From Malacoraja senta (Eukaryota), in contig CM075991.1 in NCBI GenBank assembly GCA_038087875.1, positions 5,952,001 to 6,016,000 of the forward strand: a DNA stretch of 64,000 bases, given 5' to 3'. A program made the translations under genes and the position numbers. This document shows, piece after piece, positions 24,717 to 38,270 of the stretch. The notes beneath the pieces are model-generated. The model saw only the letters and a program-made list of their open reading frames with translations. It had not been told where the DNA came from and did no database searches. How positions within the stretch are numbered: the stretch's first letter is position 1; every line of letters begins with the position of its first letter.

Positions 24717-27067
24717 ATGGTATGTACGGTGCAGCTTTTCGGTATTTGGGTGTTGTTTGGTCTTCGATAAACTGACGTTGACAAAACTCGATTGCCTGAG
24801 CTATAGGGAGAGGTTGGGGACGCTGGGAATTAAACCTTGGCAGCGCAGAAGCATGAGGTGTGAACATAGAGGTGGGTAAAATCATAAAGGAAATAGATAG
24901 ATTCAATGTACAGAGTATTTTAAGCGGACTTGGGAAATACATCACCAGAGGACATGAATTCAAGGAGAAATTTAATAGGAGCCCCGGCGTCAACTTTTTC
25001 ACACGGAGAGTGGTGGGTGCATGCAACGATAAGCTTTGTGCATCTGGCTGTTGCTGGGTGACAGCTGTACAACCGCCTGCCGCGGCGATGGTGACAGGGA
25101 CATGTTGCAGTCTTAGTTACTTAACCACGTCGATCATCGAGCTCCTTATTTCTCTCCCTCCTTGCCTCCGCAGAAACTCCTTTTGTGCATCGCTCTGCTG
25201 CTTCTCGCTGCTCAGCTGTCGGAATCCGGCTGCTTCTTTCAGCGACAGAAGACAAGAGGTAATCTATCAATGTGAATCTCTCTCAGATCTGGTAGTTCGG
25301 CCCACCGAGACCGCGCCTTTCAACAATCACCCGTACACGAGTTCGAGGGACTAGGGACAATTAGGGACACTAGGGACAATTTACCTAAGCCAATTAACCT
25401 ATAGACCTTCTGGTCTTTGTAATGTGCGAGGAAGCCGGAGTGCCGGTGAATACCCATGCGGTCACAGGGAGAATGTGCAAACTCCTTACACAGAGCACCC
25501 GTAATCGGGGTTGAACTCGGGTCTCTTGTGCTGTAAGGCAGCAACTCTACCGCTGCGCTGCAGTGCCGCGTAAGTTAGCCATTCATGGGTCCCGGCGCCA
25601 GGCAGACGAGGGCTCCACCCGAGCCGACTGCCTGTCCCTTTTCCGGGGTTACGACCAAAGATACTAGAGGAGTATCTTTGGTTCCGACGGCGCCCTGCTG
25701 ACCCTTGAAAAAGAACACGCAGTGCCCACTGGCACCATGGTGGCATTCCAGGAGCGCTGGGCGCCGCTGGGGATTGACTGGGGGGAGGCTGGGTGTTAAG
25801 TCGGGGTGTTGAAGACTGAACCCGGGTTAAACGGTACAGTGTGGCCAAGGGCCAGGTCCGGGTCAGTACACAAGAGGATGGATGCTGGCTCTTCTCACAC
25901 GTTTTGACGGCTCATTTCATGGGTGCCTTGGTATTGAGCGAACACAAGAGACCCTCTCCCTCCCATGTCCTCGGATCACTCCACTCCCTGATGGGGCACT
26001 GACCATCCGCTGTCTTTATCACCAACAGCCAGAGGCAGACCCCGGATGCTCATGAGGTGCATTGATAAATCTGATGGGACGGTTCATCACATCGGAGAAA
26101 GTTGGTACAGTTCCAACTGTCTGAAATGCGAGTGTTCGTCTGATGGTTATGAATGCTGTGAATTGTAAGTAATCCTCCGCCATCCAAAGGTCATGATCTG
26201 ACCCCAGCGGCTGAAATTGCAGTGTAGAGCTTGGGTGGGTATTGCCGATGTCAGCCAGTGAGCCGAGTGGGGTTGGCGATGGATTAGGACTTGATGGGCA
26301 CAGTCGACGGAACGGCCTGAGCGCCGACTCTCCCCATCTCTGTGCTAAACCCGATACACAGGCTCGGGCCCGAATCTGGTTTTAGGTTGGGATCGGTAGA
26401 GGAGTCTTGATGGAGGGAGGAAAGGAGAAACTGCATGGCGGACAGTGATGTACAGTCGAAGCCAGCCATAGAGGCACACGGCAAGGACACAGGCCCTTCA
26501 TCCACCGAGCCCATGCCGACCATCAACTGCCCATTTACTCGAATCCCACCCTAACCCATTAAAGTCTAACATGTAGACACAAGGAACTTCAGATGCTCGT
26601 TTAATTTTTTTTTTAAACCGCATTGGCTGGAGTAACTCAGTGGGTCAGGGCGCATATCTGGAGAACATGGATAAGCGACTTTTCGGGTTTGGACCCTACC
26701 TCAGAGTGACTGCACCTCCGACCGCTCCCAGTCCCGGCCACCAAATGGGACTAATTGGAAAGGTCGCGTAGACAAGAGGGTCAAGAGCCAAGATTGTCTT
26801 GTGTAGGATACAAATGCAGATGCTGGTTTAAATCGAACGTGGACACAAAATGCTGGCGTAACTTAGCAGGACAGGCACCATCTCTGGAGAGCAGGAATGG
26901 GTGACTTTTCCGGCGATACCCTTTTAGTTTAAGAGTGTCTTGTTGTCATAGGTGCCAGATAGAAAATGAAATCCAAACTTACTTGTGTATGATGCAGAAG
27001 AGTTGCAGTCTGCGCCTCTGAGTTACTCCAGCACTTTTGCGCCTTTTTCAAAATTGTGTATACACAC

Positions 27068-27114
<47 letters not shown>

Positions 27115-27313
27115 CACACATACACACACACGCACACACACACACACTCTCACACACACACACACACACACACATACACACACACATACACACACACACG
27201 CACACACGCACACACATACACACACACATGCACACGCACACACACACATACACACACACATACACACACACATACTCACACACATACAACACATAAACAC
27301 ACACACACGCACA

Positions 27314-27365
<52 letters not shown>

Positions 27366-27634
27366 TACACACGCACACACACACACACACATACAGACAC
27401 ACGCACACACACACACACACACAACCGATTACCATTGCAGGAATGGGTGACATGAGAGCAGGAATGGGTGACTTTTCCGGCGATACCCTTTTAGTTTAAG
27501 AGTGTCTTGTTGTCATAGGTGCCAGATAGAAAATGAAATCCAAACTTACTTCTGTATGATGCAGAAGAGTTGCAGTCTGCGCCTCTGAGTTACTCCAGCA
27601 CTTTTGCGCCTTTTTCAAAATTGTGTATACACAC

Positions 27635-27672
<38 letters not shown>

Positions 27673-27905
27673 ACACACACACATACACACACACACACAC
27701 ACGCACACACAGACACACACACACATACACACACACACACGCACACACACAAACACACACACACATATATACACACACACGCACACACACGCACACACAC
27801 ACACACACACACATACACACACACACATGCACACGCACACACACACATACACACACACATACACACACACACACACTCACACACATACAACACATAAACA
27901 CACAC

Positions 27906-27948
<43 letters not shown>

Positions 27949-28359
27949 TACAGACACACGCACACACACACACACACACACACATACAGACACGCGCACA
28001 CACACACACACACAACCGATTACCATTGCATACATACAGACAATAATTGTGAAAAGGCAGAGACAATACCCCCAGGTCTATGTAGTCTGGAGCACATTTG
28101 GAGGTCGTTGTGTTTAATAGCCTGATAGCTACAGAGAAAAAGCTGGGAGGGGGGCATCCTTTTGTGAGCATCCTTGGTGACTTTGACGTTCCGAATCGTT
28201 CACCATTGAATCTCTGATCTGTTCCCCAGGTATTCCACGCCAGCTAGTTTCCCAAAAAGTTGTACCGTACTTTTCGATCGTAAGGCTTGTGAGTTTCGAT
28301 TCCATGTGCAGTCCGACCCCTCTGCCGAGTGTCCAGTGCTTGCAGCTGTTGCGAGATGA
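24717..28359 (+). CDS. MSMB-like: Beta-microseminoprotein (PSP94)-like gene A, intact; exons 24717-24719, 25174-25258, 26029-26164, 28230-28359; 117 aa
   Basis: GT-AG introns, phases 0/1/2; [117 protein letters not shown]; signal peptide + 10 Cys; AATAAA at 28365 and 28451. Confidence 0.92.
26888..28030. repeat. Tandem duplication (2 x ~570 bp) each containing ~370-390 bp of CA repeat, in intron 3 of gene A
   Basis: Units start agagcaggaatgggtgacttttccggcgatacc at ~26888 and ~27455 and end caaccgattaccattgca. Confidence 0.92.
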
Positions 28360-28869
28360 GCTGCAATAAACCGGCAGCTCCCTTCCAAAGTGGAGATATT
28401 CCTCAATGGGATACAGAAGCGTTGCCTCTTGCATGTAATGTCTGCATCGCAATAAACATATACCAAACCCATTCTATCGTCGGCTGCGTCGTTTTAATAA
28501 GAAATGGGGGTGAATATGAGGAGACTTTGGGAGATGTTTTGGCGCACTTGGGAACTTGAGCGTCTGAGAAATTCTAAGTTAGAGTGCGTGCAAGTAAACG
28601 TTCTAAGAATCTATTCAGCTGGAAGTGGGGAAGTCGATAACATTAATATCAATAACAAAATCTATGAAATAAATCATTTAACTGAAAAGTATTACATTTC
28701 AAATATTTAATGATACATAGTTTTGAAAGAAGCGCTTGTTGTATTTAGATGCATTGGTCATCTTACATACTTAAATTCAGCTTGGATTGCATCCTGCAGA
28801 TGGAACGGTGCCGCACGTGAGCTCACAACTGGAACAAGGAGGGAGAAACGAAACAGAGGACGACTGACC

Positions 28870-31800
28870 GACACCAGCAATTGGTAAAATGTTGGAATGC
28901 AGCATAGACGTGATAATAGGTTACATTACAATTAAAAACACAAAGTACGTGCTATAACACCAGGATAAGGGATAAAGGCCCGTGAGAGTCTAGAAGTTGG
29001 TATGGAAGTTGGTGTGGGAAAGGATAGTGGACAGTTGAAAGGCGGAGAGCGAGGAAGGAGGGTTGGTTTAAACTGGACATATTTTAATGCAAGGAGCCTG
29101 ACGGTTAAGGCAGATGAGCTTAGTGCATGGATAGGTACGAGTGACTGGGATGTTGTAGGCATGACTGAAACCAGGATAAGAGAGGGGAAGGACTGGCAGC
29201 TCAATGCTCTGGGTGCAGGAGCTTCTGGAGAGACAGGAGTGATGGTACAAGAGGAGGGGGGGTTGTTGGTCAAGGAGGATATCATGGCAGTGATCAGACG
29301 TGACATTATGGATGGTTTGTCTAGTGTGGCTATATGGGTGGAGCTGAGGAACAAGAAAGGAATGGTCACCTTGGTGGGTGTGTACTACAGTCCCCCGAAT
29401 TGTCAACGGGAATTAGAAGAACAAATATGCCAGGAGATTGCAGACAGCTGCAGGTCTAATAAGGTTGTTGTAGTAGGGGATTTTAATTTTCCCAATATAG
29501 ACTAGGCAAATCATAGTGTGAAGAGTTTAAATGGGATGCAATTCCTCAAAAGTGTTCAGGAGAGTTTTCTTAAGCAATATGTAGAGGCCCCCACACGTGA
29601 GAGGGCAACGCAGGATCTCGTATTGAGAATTTGGGAAGGCAAGTTATTTAAGTATTTGTGGAGGAGCCTTTTGGGACCAGATTAGGATTAAGATAGTTGT
29701 GGACAGTGACGGAGAGGGTCCACGTGTTAAAATGCTCATCTGGGGTAAGGCCAACTTTGAGGGTCTAGTTCAAGTTGATTGGAACAGGTTATTCGAGGGG
29801 AAAGGGACTTCCGCTAAATGGGATGTTTTTAAAAGTGTGCTGTCGAAAGCTCAGAATATGTACGTTCCCATTAGAGTGAAGGGCAAAACAGGCAGACGTA
29901 AGGAAGTTTGGCGGACTAGGGAAATTTGGGGCAAGGTCAAAAACAAGAAGGGTGCATGGGACAGGTATAGTCAGCTGGGATCAGGTGCAACCCTGGAGGA
30001 GTTTCGGGAACTAAGGGGCAAACATTTTTTTAAAGGAGATCAGATGGGCAAATAGGAGCCAGGAGATAGCTCTGGTGGGCAGCATTCAGGACAATCCCAA
30101 AAGCTTTATTAAATACATGGGTGGAAAGGGTAACTAGAGAGAGAGTTGGACCTCTCATGAATCAAAGCAGTCACCTCTGTGTGGAGCCCCAGGAGATGGG
30201 CAAGGTCCTCAATGAGTATTTCTCCTCTGTATTTACCGAGGAGAAAGACATTAGGACGGAGGAACTTGGGGTAGTCAATGGAAGTGTGTTGAGAGCAGTC
30301 AGTGTTACCATCGAAGAAGTACTGAAGGTACTGTCATGTATGAAGGTAGAGAAATCTCCAGGGCCTGATCAGATATATCCGAGGACATTGTGGGAACCCT
30401 GGTTGAATTTTACGATTCATCCTTAAATACAGGAGAGGTGTTGGAATACCGGAGGATGGCAAATGTTGTGCCTCTTTTCAAGAACGGCTGCAGGGAAATT
30501 GCTGGGAACTATAGGCGGTGAGCTTATCATCTGTTGTTTGAAAGATATTAGAGTGCATTCTGAAGGATAGGTTATGCAGGCAGTTGAATGGGCAGAGGCT
30601 GATTGGAGATAGTCAGCATGGTTTTGTGCATGTGAGGTCGTGTCTCATAACTCTGATATTTTTGAAGACGTGACCAAAAAGGTCTATGAGGGCAGAGATT
30701 TACGTGCTGTGTACATGGATTTCAGTAAGGCATTCAACAAGTTTCCGCGTGGTAGGCTTCTCTGGGAGGTTAAACCGCATGGGATCCAAGGGGAGATAGC
30801 GGAATGGATAGCAAATTGGTTCCATGGAAGCCGAATGTGATGGTGGAAGGTTGCTTCTCGGACTGCACGCTGTGACTAGTGTTTTTTGTTCAATATGGTT
30901 TAGGGATACAGAACAGAAACAGGCCCTTCGGCCCACCGGGTCCGCGCCGATCAGCGATCTCAGCACATTAAACTGCATTTTTTAACATTTACCAAGCCTA
31001 TTAACCTACAAACATGTACGTCTTTGAAGCGTGGGAGGAACCCGAAGATCTCGGAGAAAACCCCCGTAGGTCCGTACAGACAGCACCCGTAGCCGGTGTC
31101 AGGCTGGACCCGTTACTATTTGTCATCTGTATCAACGATGTGGATGAGAACATACAGGACAAGATTAGCAAGTTTGCTGATGATACAAAAGTGAGTGGTT
31201 TTAGTGAGTGCCAGATAGTGAAGATTGTTGTGAAACATTGCAGAAGGATCTGGATCGATTGGCCAGGTGGGCGGAGGAATGGTTGCTAGGTATTGAGTAT
31301 AGAACTTGGGAGGTCATGTTGCAGTTGTATAAGATGTTGATGAGACCGCATTTAGAATATTGTGTTCAGTTCTGGGCACCATGTTATAGGAAAGATATTG
31401 CCAAGCTTGAAAGGGTTCAGAAAAGATTTACGAGGATGCTGCAAGGAATAGAGGGTGTCAGCTTTAGGGAGATGTTGGATAGGCTGCGTCTCTATTCCAT
31501 GGAATGCAGGAAGATGAGGGGGGGGGTCTTATAAAGGTGTACAAAATCATGAGAGGAATAGTTCGTGTATATGCACAGTCTCTTGCCCAGAATAGGGGAA
31601 TCGAAGACCGGAGGACATAGGTTCAAGGTGAAGGGGAAAAGATTTAATAGGAATCCGAAGGGTATTTTTTATCACACAAAGGGTGGTGGGCGTATGGAAC
31701 AGCTGCCAGAGTAGGTAGTTGAGTTTGGGACTATCCCATCGTTTAAGAAACAGTTAGACAGGTATATGAATAGGACAGGTGTGGAAGGATATGGACCAAG

Positions 31801-31880
31801 CGCAGGCAAGTGGGACCAGTGTAGCTGGAACATTGTTGGCCGGCGTGGCCACGTTGCGTCGAAAGGCCACAACGTATCAC
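28870..31880 (+). mobile_element. Decayed CR1 LINE ORF2 (endonuclease + RT) with a SINE-like insert at ~30890-31095
   Basis: YFNARS, GMTET, GDFNFPNID, YMDFSKAFNK, FADDTK, RPHLEYCVQFW. Confidence 0.9.
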
Positions 31881-32059
31881 TCTACGACTCTAAAAATCAA
31901 AAGACACAGAATGTTGATTAACTCTGGGTCGGGCAGCATCGATGACGAGCGTTTCGGGTCGGATCACTTCTGACTAACTGTGGTGGGTGGTGGTAGGGCG
32001 GTAGGAGAAAACTCGAGGAAAGCCAGACCAAACCGTCGCAGGTAGCAGCAGCAATCACA

Positions 32060-32575
32060 GAGGGGGAGCACTTGCCGTGGAGGCCAGTGGGGTGAAAGGT
32101 GGGGCCAGCGGAAGTCCACCTCTACTCTGAGTGGATTGGTCACTGTAGCATAAGGAACAGTTAAAAGACCGGTTCTCGAGAGCGGAAAATACAATCTGCA
32201 GGCGGTGTCACCAGAAAAGAAGTTGCCCTCTCAGACACTTGGGAGAAGCGACCTGGTTGGGAGATCATGGTATGTACGGTGCAGCTTTCGGTATTTGGGT
32301 GTTGTTTGGTCTTCGATAAACTGACGTTGACAAAACTCGATTGTCTGAGCTATAGGGAGAGGTTGGGGACGCTGGGAATTAAACCTTGGCAGCGCAGAAG
32401 CATGAGGTGTGAACATAGAGGTGGGTAAAATCATAAAGGAAATAGATAGATTAAATGTACAGAGTATTTTACGCGGAGTTGGGAAATACATCACCAGAGG
32501 ACATGAATTCAAGGAGAAATTTAATAGGAGCCCCGGCGTCAACCTTTTCACACGGAGGGTGGTGGGTGCATGCAA
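32060..32575 (+). other. Duplicated promoter + exon 1 (ATG 32267-32269) + intron 1 part of gene A, upstream of gene B
   Basis: Near-identical to ~24635-25025; gagatcATG|gtatgt donor intact. Confidence 0.85.
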
Positions 32576-33087
32576 TGAGTTGCCAGACGAGGCACTGAAG
32601 GCAGATCCTGTAACAAGATTTAAAATACAAAATAAGACACAATATGTTGGAGTAACTCCGTGGGTTAGGCAACATCTCTAGGGAACATAGATGGGCGATA
32701 TTTCGGGACGGGACGCTTTCCAGACTGATTGGGGTGAAATTGAAGGGGGCGGGAGAACTGGAATAAGGAGGGGAGGGGCAAATCGTAGCAGATAGTAGCA
32801 GGAATCACAGTGGGGCAGAAGTGAGAGTAGCTCAGAACTCCCGTCAGGAAGAGGAGGACAACATCTTCAAAGTGGTGAGAATTTCAGCAGCAATTACAGT
32901 CGGGGAGGGGGGGGGGGCTCTGGTTGTGGAGGCCCAGCGGAAATGCACCTCTACTCTGAGTGGATCGGCCATTGGCAGCATCAAGCTTAAGTTAAAAGAC
33001 CGCTTCTCGAGAGTGGGGAATGACGTCGGTAGCGGAACAGAGCTTGTCAACTCGGACACTTGAGAGAAGCGACCTGGTTGGCAGATC

Positions 33088-35716
33088 ATGGTATGTACGG
33101 ATCATTTTGTGCATCTGACTGTTGCTTGGTCTTCAGTAAACGACTCAGCGCAGCTCGAAGTCGCTGCACAACCGCCGCCCGAGGTAACAGAGACGCGGAC
33201 ATGTTGCAGTGTTAGTTACTTAACCACGTCGCTCATTAAGTTCTCTCTTTCTCTTCCCCTTTCAGAACCTCATTATGTGCATCACTCTGCTGCTTCTCGC
33301 TGTTCAGCTGTCGGATTCCGCCTGCTTCGTTCAGCGGCGGAAGGCAAGCGGTAATCTATCTATGTGAATATATCTCTCAGATCCGTCGCAAGTACTTAGC
33401 CGACATTGGGGAGCAGGACATCATTCTTAGGTCCAGCGCCAACGTCCCCTTTGACATCCCGCCTGTTCCTCAGTCGGGTTGGAGTCTGAGGATAGTGGAG
33501 TTGATGCACCGACCAATTTTCAATTGAGGGAGCGCTCCTCTACTGCACTTCAGCTGAGGCACAGACCGCGTCCAGAGGATCTCCTCAGACGGATATGCAG
33601 CCGCCCCAGAACTAAGATCAATAGTTCACCCGCAACAGTTGTTGATAGAACAGGTCAATCACTGGTCATGCTGCGCTCGTAACGGAATCCACGCTATTCT
33701 CAAGAATGGCGACATCTCGCCAAATCCTCATTGGCCGAGATGCGTTTTGCCTGAGAATGGGGAAAATACCCCCGAAGATCCTCCCAAACATGTGACTGGT
33801 CCCGGGACCCACAGCCTGGATCCCATTGCGTCATGGGTTCATACCTTAACCAGGGGCAACGGCGAGGACTAGCAAAGTATGGGTGCCCTACGAGAATGGG
33901 CTGCACCCTGCTTTCTGGCTCCACTTCAGGCCCAGCATCCTGATCTTTTGTCACCCGGTGCGGACAGGGAAGGGGAGGGAGGGAGGGAAGAGGGGATGGG
34001 GGGGTGTTTGGGGGTGGGGTGGTGGGGGAGCGGGTGTCCCTGTCGGTTTGCTCCTGGGCCCGGCCAAGATGGCCATTCACGGGTTCAGGCTGCGGGTAGT
34101 TGAGGGTTCTGTCCGAGTCGACTGCCTGTCCCTCTTCCAGGTCTACGTCCGTGCCCGCGAGTCCCTGGAGATGGAGCATGCAGTGTCCATGGGAACTCTG
34201 GAGGCCATCGTGATGGCTGGTCGCCGCGGGGGACGAGAGTATTGTAGATAAAGTTGACAATATCTTTAATCTTATAACTGTTAGATTGTAAACTGCCAAT
34301 TGCAGTCTTAAATGTGTTACTACTCTGTATCTATGTTTGAATGAATAAAAGCATAGGATTTTTTTAATGCGGAAGGGAGAGTGAAGATAAGAGGGTGATC
34401 TGATTGGTTTGCTCCTGGACTTGGTCAAGCGGGCCATTAGTGGGTGAAGGCGCCAGGCAGACGAGGGCTCTAACCGAGCCGACTGCCTGTGACTTTTTGG
34501 GGTCACGACGGCGCCCAACTGTCCATTGCAAAAGAACACGTGGTGCCCAATGGCACCATGAAGACGCTCCAGGGCGGCTCGGTGCCGCGGGCAGGGTGTT
34601 AGGTCTGACCGCTTCAGACAGAACCCGGGTGAAACGGCAGCGCGACGCCTAGGGCCGGGCGAGGCCCGGTCAGTGCTCACTGGGACAGACCCTGGCTCTT
34701 CCCAAACACCTGAATGGCACATTTCCAGGGTGCGTTGGTTGATCCAGCACCAGGGCTTCGCACGACGTCGGGTCACTCGACTCCCAGATGGGACACTGAC
34801 CAACCGCTCTCTTTATCACCAACAGCTGCGGGGATATTCCGGGCGCTCCACAAGTGCATTGATAAATTCGACGAGACGCATCATAAATTAGGTGATAAAT
34901 GGACAAACTCCAACTGCCACCAATGCACGTGTACCTCCGACGGTTCTGAATGCTGTGAACGGTAAGTAATCCTCCACCTTTCAGCTCACAGGATCTGACC
35001 GCGGTGGCTGAAATGGCGCCGCAGGTCACTCATGGGTGTCGCTGAAGCCACGAACATATCCATGTGGCTTGGCGATGGATTGGAAATAGACTGGCATACT
35101 ATACAGAACACACCGAACGCCGGCCTCTCCATATCCGTACCAAACCCGACACACGGAAAGGCTTGACCCGGGATCTAATTCTATGTAGGACTGGTGGAGG
35201 CTTGGCGGGGGAATGAGGGGTGTAATGGCCTGGTGGACAGTAATAGTTGAAGCAAACCATAGACTCACACAGCATGGATACAGGCCCTTCAGCGCCACGC
35301 CCATATCCCCTGATTCCTCCAACATCATTTTTGTCACTCTGGATAAAGACAATTGTGGTAAACGGAATTTTAAGAATCAATAGTGTTTTGTAGTCATATG
35401 TCCTGAAACGGAACAATGTAATTCTTAATTGCAGCAGCAACACCATATGGAGGTCAGAGATAATTTTGAGATTGTAGTGCTTAATAGTTTTATGGTTATA
35501 GGGAAGTAGTCAAGGGGCCTCCTTCTATGAGCATCTTTTCTGTGATTCCGAATAGTTTATCATTGGATCTCTGATCTGTTCCTCAGGCTTTTCAGGCCAA
35601 CTACTTACCCAGAAGATTGTACCTTAATTCTCGATCAGAAGACTTGTGTGTTTCGTGTGCACCTGACGAACGACCCGTCTGTCGAATGTCCAGTGCATGA
35701 AGCTGTTGGAAAATGA
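33088..35716 (+). CDS. MSMB-like: Beta-microseminoprotein-like gene B, intact; exons 33088-33090, 33266-33350, 34826-34961, 35587-35716; 117 aa
   Basis: MNLIMCITLLLLAVQLSDSACFVQRRKASAAGIFRALHKCIDKFDETHHKLGDKWTNSNCHQCTCTSDGSECCERLFRPTTYPEDCTLILDQKTCVFRVHLTNDPSVECPVHEAVGK; canonical splice sites; AATAAA ~35722. Confidence 0.92.
33860..34610 (+). mobile_element. Two Tx1-like LINE 3' fragments in intron 2 of gene B
   Basis: LLLGPAKMAIHGFRLRVVEGSVRVDCLSLFQVYVRARESLEMEHAVSMGTLEA; second decayed copy at ~34400-34600. Confidence 0.7.
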
Positions 35717-35984
35717 GCCGGAATAAACAGGCAGCTCCATTCCAATGTGGAGGCATTCGTCAATGGGATACAAGAGCCTTGACTCTTGCATGTAATGTCT
35801 GCATCGCAATAAACGCATACCAAACATATTCCGTTTACGTCTTCTGGCCCATTATTTTAATAAGAAATAGGCGTAAAGAAGAGGAGCCTCTGGGAGATGT
35901 TGTGGCGCATCTGCATGGTGCCGAAGGATGTGATGGAGGGGCAAGTATTGCACTCTCAAAGTTTGCAATGGAGTGTGCCAGAGG

Positions 35985-36655
35985 CCAGGTGCAGCAGGCT
36001 GTGAGGAAAGCAAATGCATGTTCATAGCGAGAGGATTTGAGCATAGAAGCAAGGAGGTCCAACTGCAGTTGTACAGGGCCCTGGTGAGACCGCACCTGGA
36101 GTATTGTGTGCAATTTTGGTTTCCTAATCTGAGGAAGGACATTCTTGCTCTTGAGGGAGTACTGCGTAGGTTCACCAGATTAATTCCCGGGATGGTGGAA
36201 CTGGTATATGGTGAAAGAATGGGACGACTGGGCTTATATTCGCTGGAATTTAGAAGGATGAGAGGATATCTTATAAAACATATCAAATTCTCAAGGAATT
36301 GGACAAGCTAGATGCAGGAAAATTATTCCTCGTGTTGGGGGAGTCCAGAACCAAGGGTCACAGTTTAGGAATAACGGCTGGCCATTTAGGACTGAGATGA
36401 GGAAAAACGTTTTCACCCAGAGAGTTGTGAATCTGTGGAATTCTCTGCCACAGAAGGCAGTGGAGGCCAATTCATTGGATGTCTTCAAGGGAGAGTTAGA
36501 TATAGCTCTTGCAGCTAACGGAATCAGGGATATGGGGAAAGGCAGAAACGGGGTTCTGATTTTTGGATGATCAGCCACGATCATATTGAATGGCGGTGCT
36601 GGCTTAAAGGCCCGAATGTCCTACTCCTGCACTTATTTTATATGTATCTATGTTT
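35985..36655 (+). mobile_element. CR1 LINE 3' fragment with tail
   Basis: RPHLEYCVQFW...; cctactcctgcac..tatgtatctatg tail. Confidence 0.9.
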
Positions 36656-36854
36656 CGTGGAGTTCTACAGAGTACGGCCAGGAGCCCAAGTCAACACAAT
36701 TTATACCAGTGACTTACTGTGGGACCAAATTAACATTTCCAAACTCTCTGATGGCATCAGCATGCACAGAGATTGTGTGGCAACTGAAACCGAATGCAGA
36801 ACTCATTATTTTTTGAACAATAGAAGCAAGTTTGGAGCTGACTTCGTTTCAAAT

Positions 36855-37423
36855 GAGTTTTCTTAATTATGGCTTAATAACGACAAAAAAAACATACTGA
36901 AATTTTGGAAAAATGCTCCCACGCCAACGACAAAAATGTGGACTTCTAATATGTCGGAATTGTTACACCTAGAAGATATGAGATTCTTCCTAGCAGTAAA
37001 CCAGACCAATTCCAAAAGATTTGGTCTCCATTTATCGACTTATTACAAACATAGGGTGCAACAAAATGTTGATAATAAATTGTTTCAGGACCTGGCGAGG
37101 GGTGAGTAAAGATATGAAGTAGGTACATCCCTTTCATATTGTCCTATCTTATCTTATTTTTTCTTTTTTCTTTTTCCTCCTTTCGGTTTTTCTCTTTTTT
37201 TTCCTTCTTTTTAAAACTATTTCTTGTGGTTTAGGTCCATATGGGTGTTCCTGGACGACTCTTTCAATCACTCACTTGCTACCTTTACTAACTATTTCTA
37301 TCCTTTTCTCTTATTAAAGTTTAAAATAAGAAGTGGTACAAGAAAAGTATAAACTTACGTTATTGCAGATTACTGTAATGTACAATACTTCTAATAAAAT
37401 AAAAAATAATAAAATAATAAAAA
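36855..37423 (+). mobile_element. L1 3' end (ORF2 C-terminus, 3' UTR, A tail)
   Basis: ILKFWKNAPTPTTKMWTSNMSELLHLEDMRF; similar to the end of the 10920-17235 L1; tacttctaataaa + A-rich tail. Confidence 0.8.
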
Positions 37424-38270
37424 AGAGATTGTGTGGCAAATTAATTATAATGTAGGAATTATGAAGTTAGTTTCTATGCAGCGTCTTCGACCCATTTCTC
37501 TATCCACAAATGCAGCCTGACCTAGTGAGTCTTTCCAACATTTGCAGTTTCTCGATTTTCATGCAGTATGTATGCCGCTTCAATTTTCTATGCTGGTTCC
37601 AATGTTTCTAATTCTACAATCAGGGGCATTTCAAAATCGGACCTGGAATAGCCCATGGATACACAAGGTTGCTCTGCCCTTCAGTGTCATCGGCGTTGAT
37701 TTGACCCACACGGAATCTCTTCCTCCAAACCAGATGCAATGGAATGCTTAATTCCTCAATGTTTCAAAAAGGACCATTCCAATACCCCCGATGGTCGGAT
37801 TTCCACCATCCCGAGGTAGGGAATCGAAGAGGTTCACCACCCTCTGCAAGAACAAATTGTCTACTCACATCAGATTTAAATTACTGGCTCTAATGTTGTA
37901 ACCATCATCCCTGGTTTGAGATTCACCCAGGCATGAAAACATGGTAAAATGCGCCATGCAATACTCTTTAAATATCATATATGTTTCAAGAAGAGCAATA
38001 CCCATTCTTCTAAAGCCTAAAAGCATTTGGACGAGATTTGTTCAGTCGTCCATGATAGAATAGCTCCCTCATCCACGGAAGTAGCCCAATGAATCTCTCT
38101 GAACTACGTCCAAAGCCTGGATATGATTTCCTAAATAAGGTAGCTAACACTGTGTCCAGGATTCCAGATATCATGTGCAATTATTGCAACACCTCCGCAT
38201 TTCTAAACTCCAATCCACTTGAAAAGAATCCCAACATACCGTTCCCCTTCCTAAACACTTGGCGTACTAA

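Noticed and set aside
26029..26164. VWC/Kielin-type repeat exon of one large multidomain gene
   Set aside because: Copies lie on both strands, and the intact ones have their own ATG exon, signal exon and terminal exon with stop and polyA signal, so they are separate small genes
26929..28171. His-Thr and Cys-Val rich ORFs
   Set aside because: Translations of (CA)n microsatellites in intron 3 of gene A
33700..34803. 367-aa minus-strand ORF
   Set aside because: Antisense to intron 2 of gene B and its Tx1 fragments; no domain features; chance ORF in GC-rich DNA
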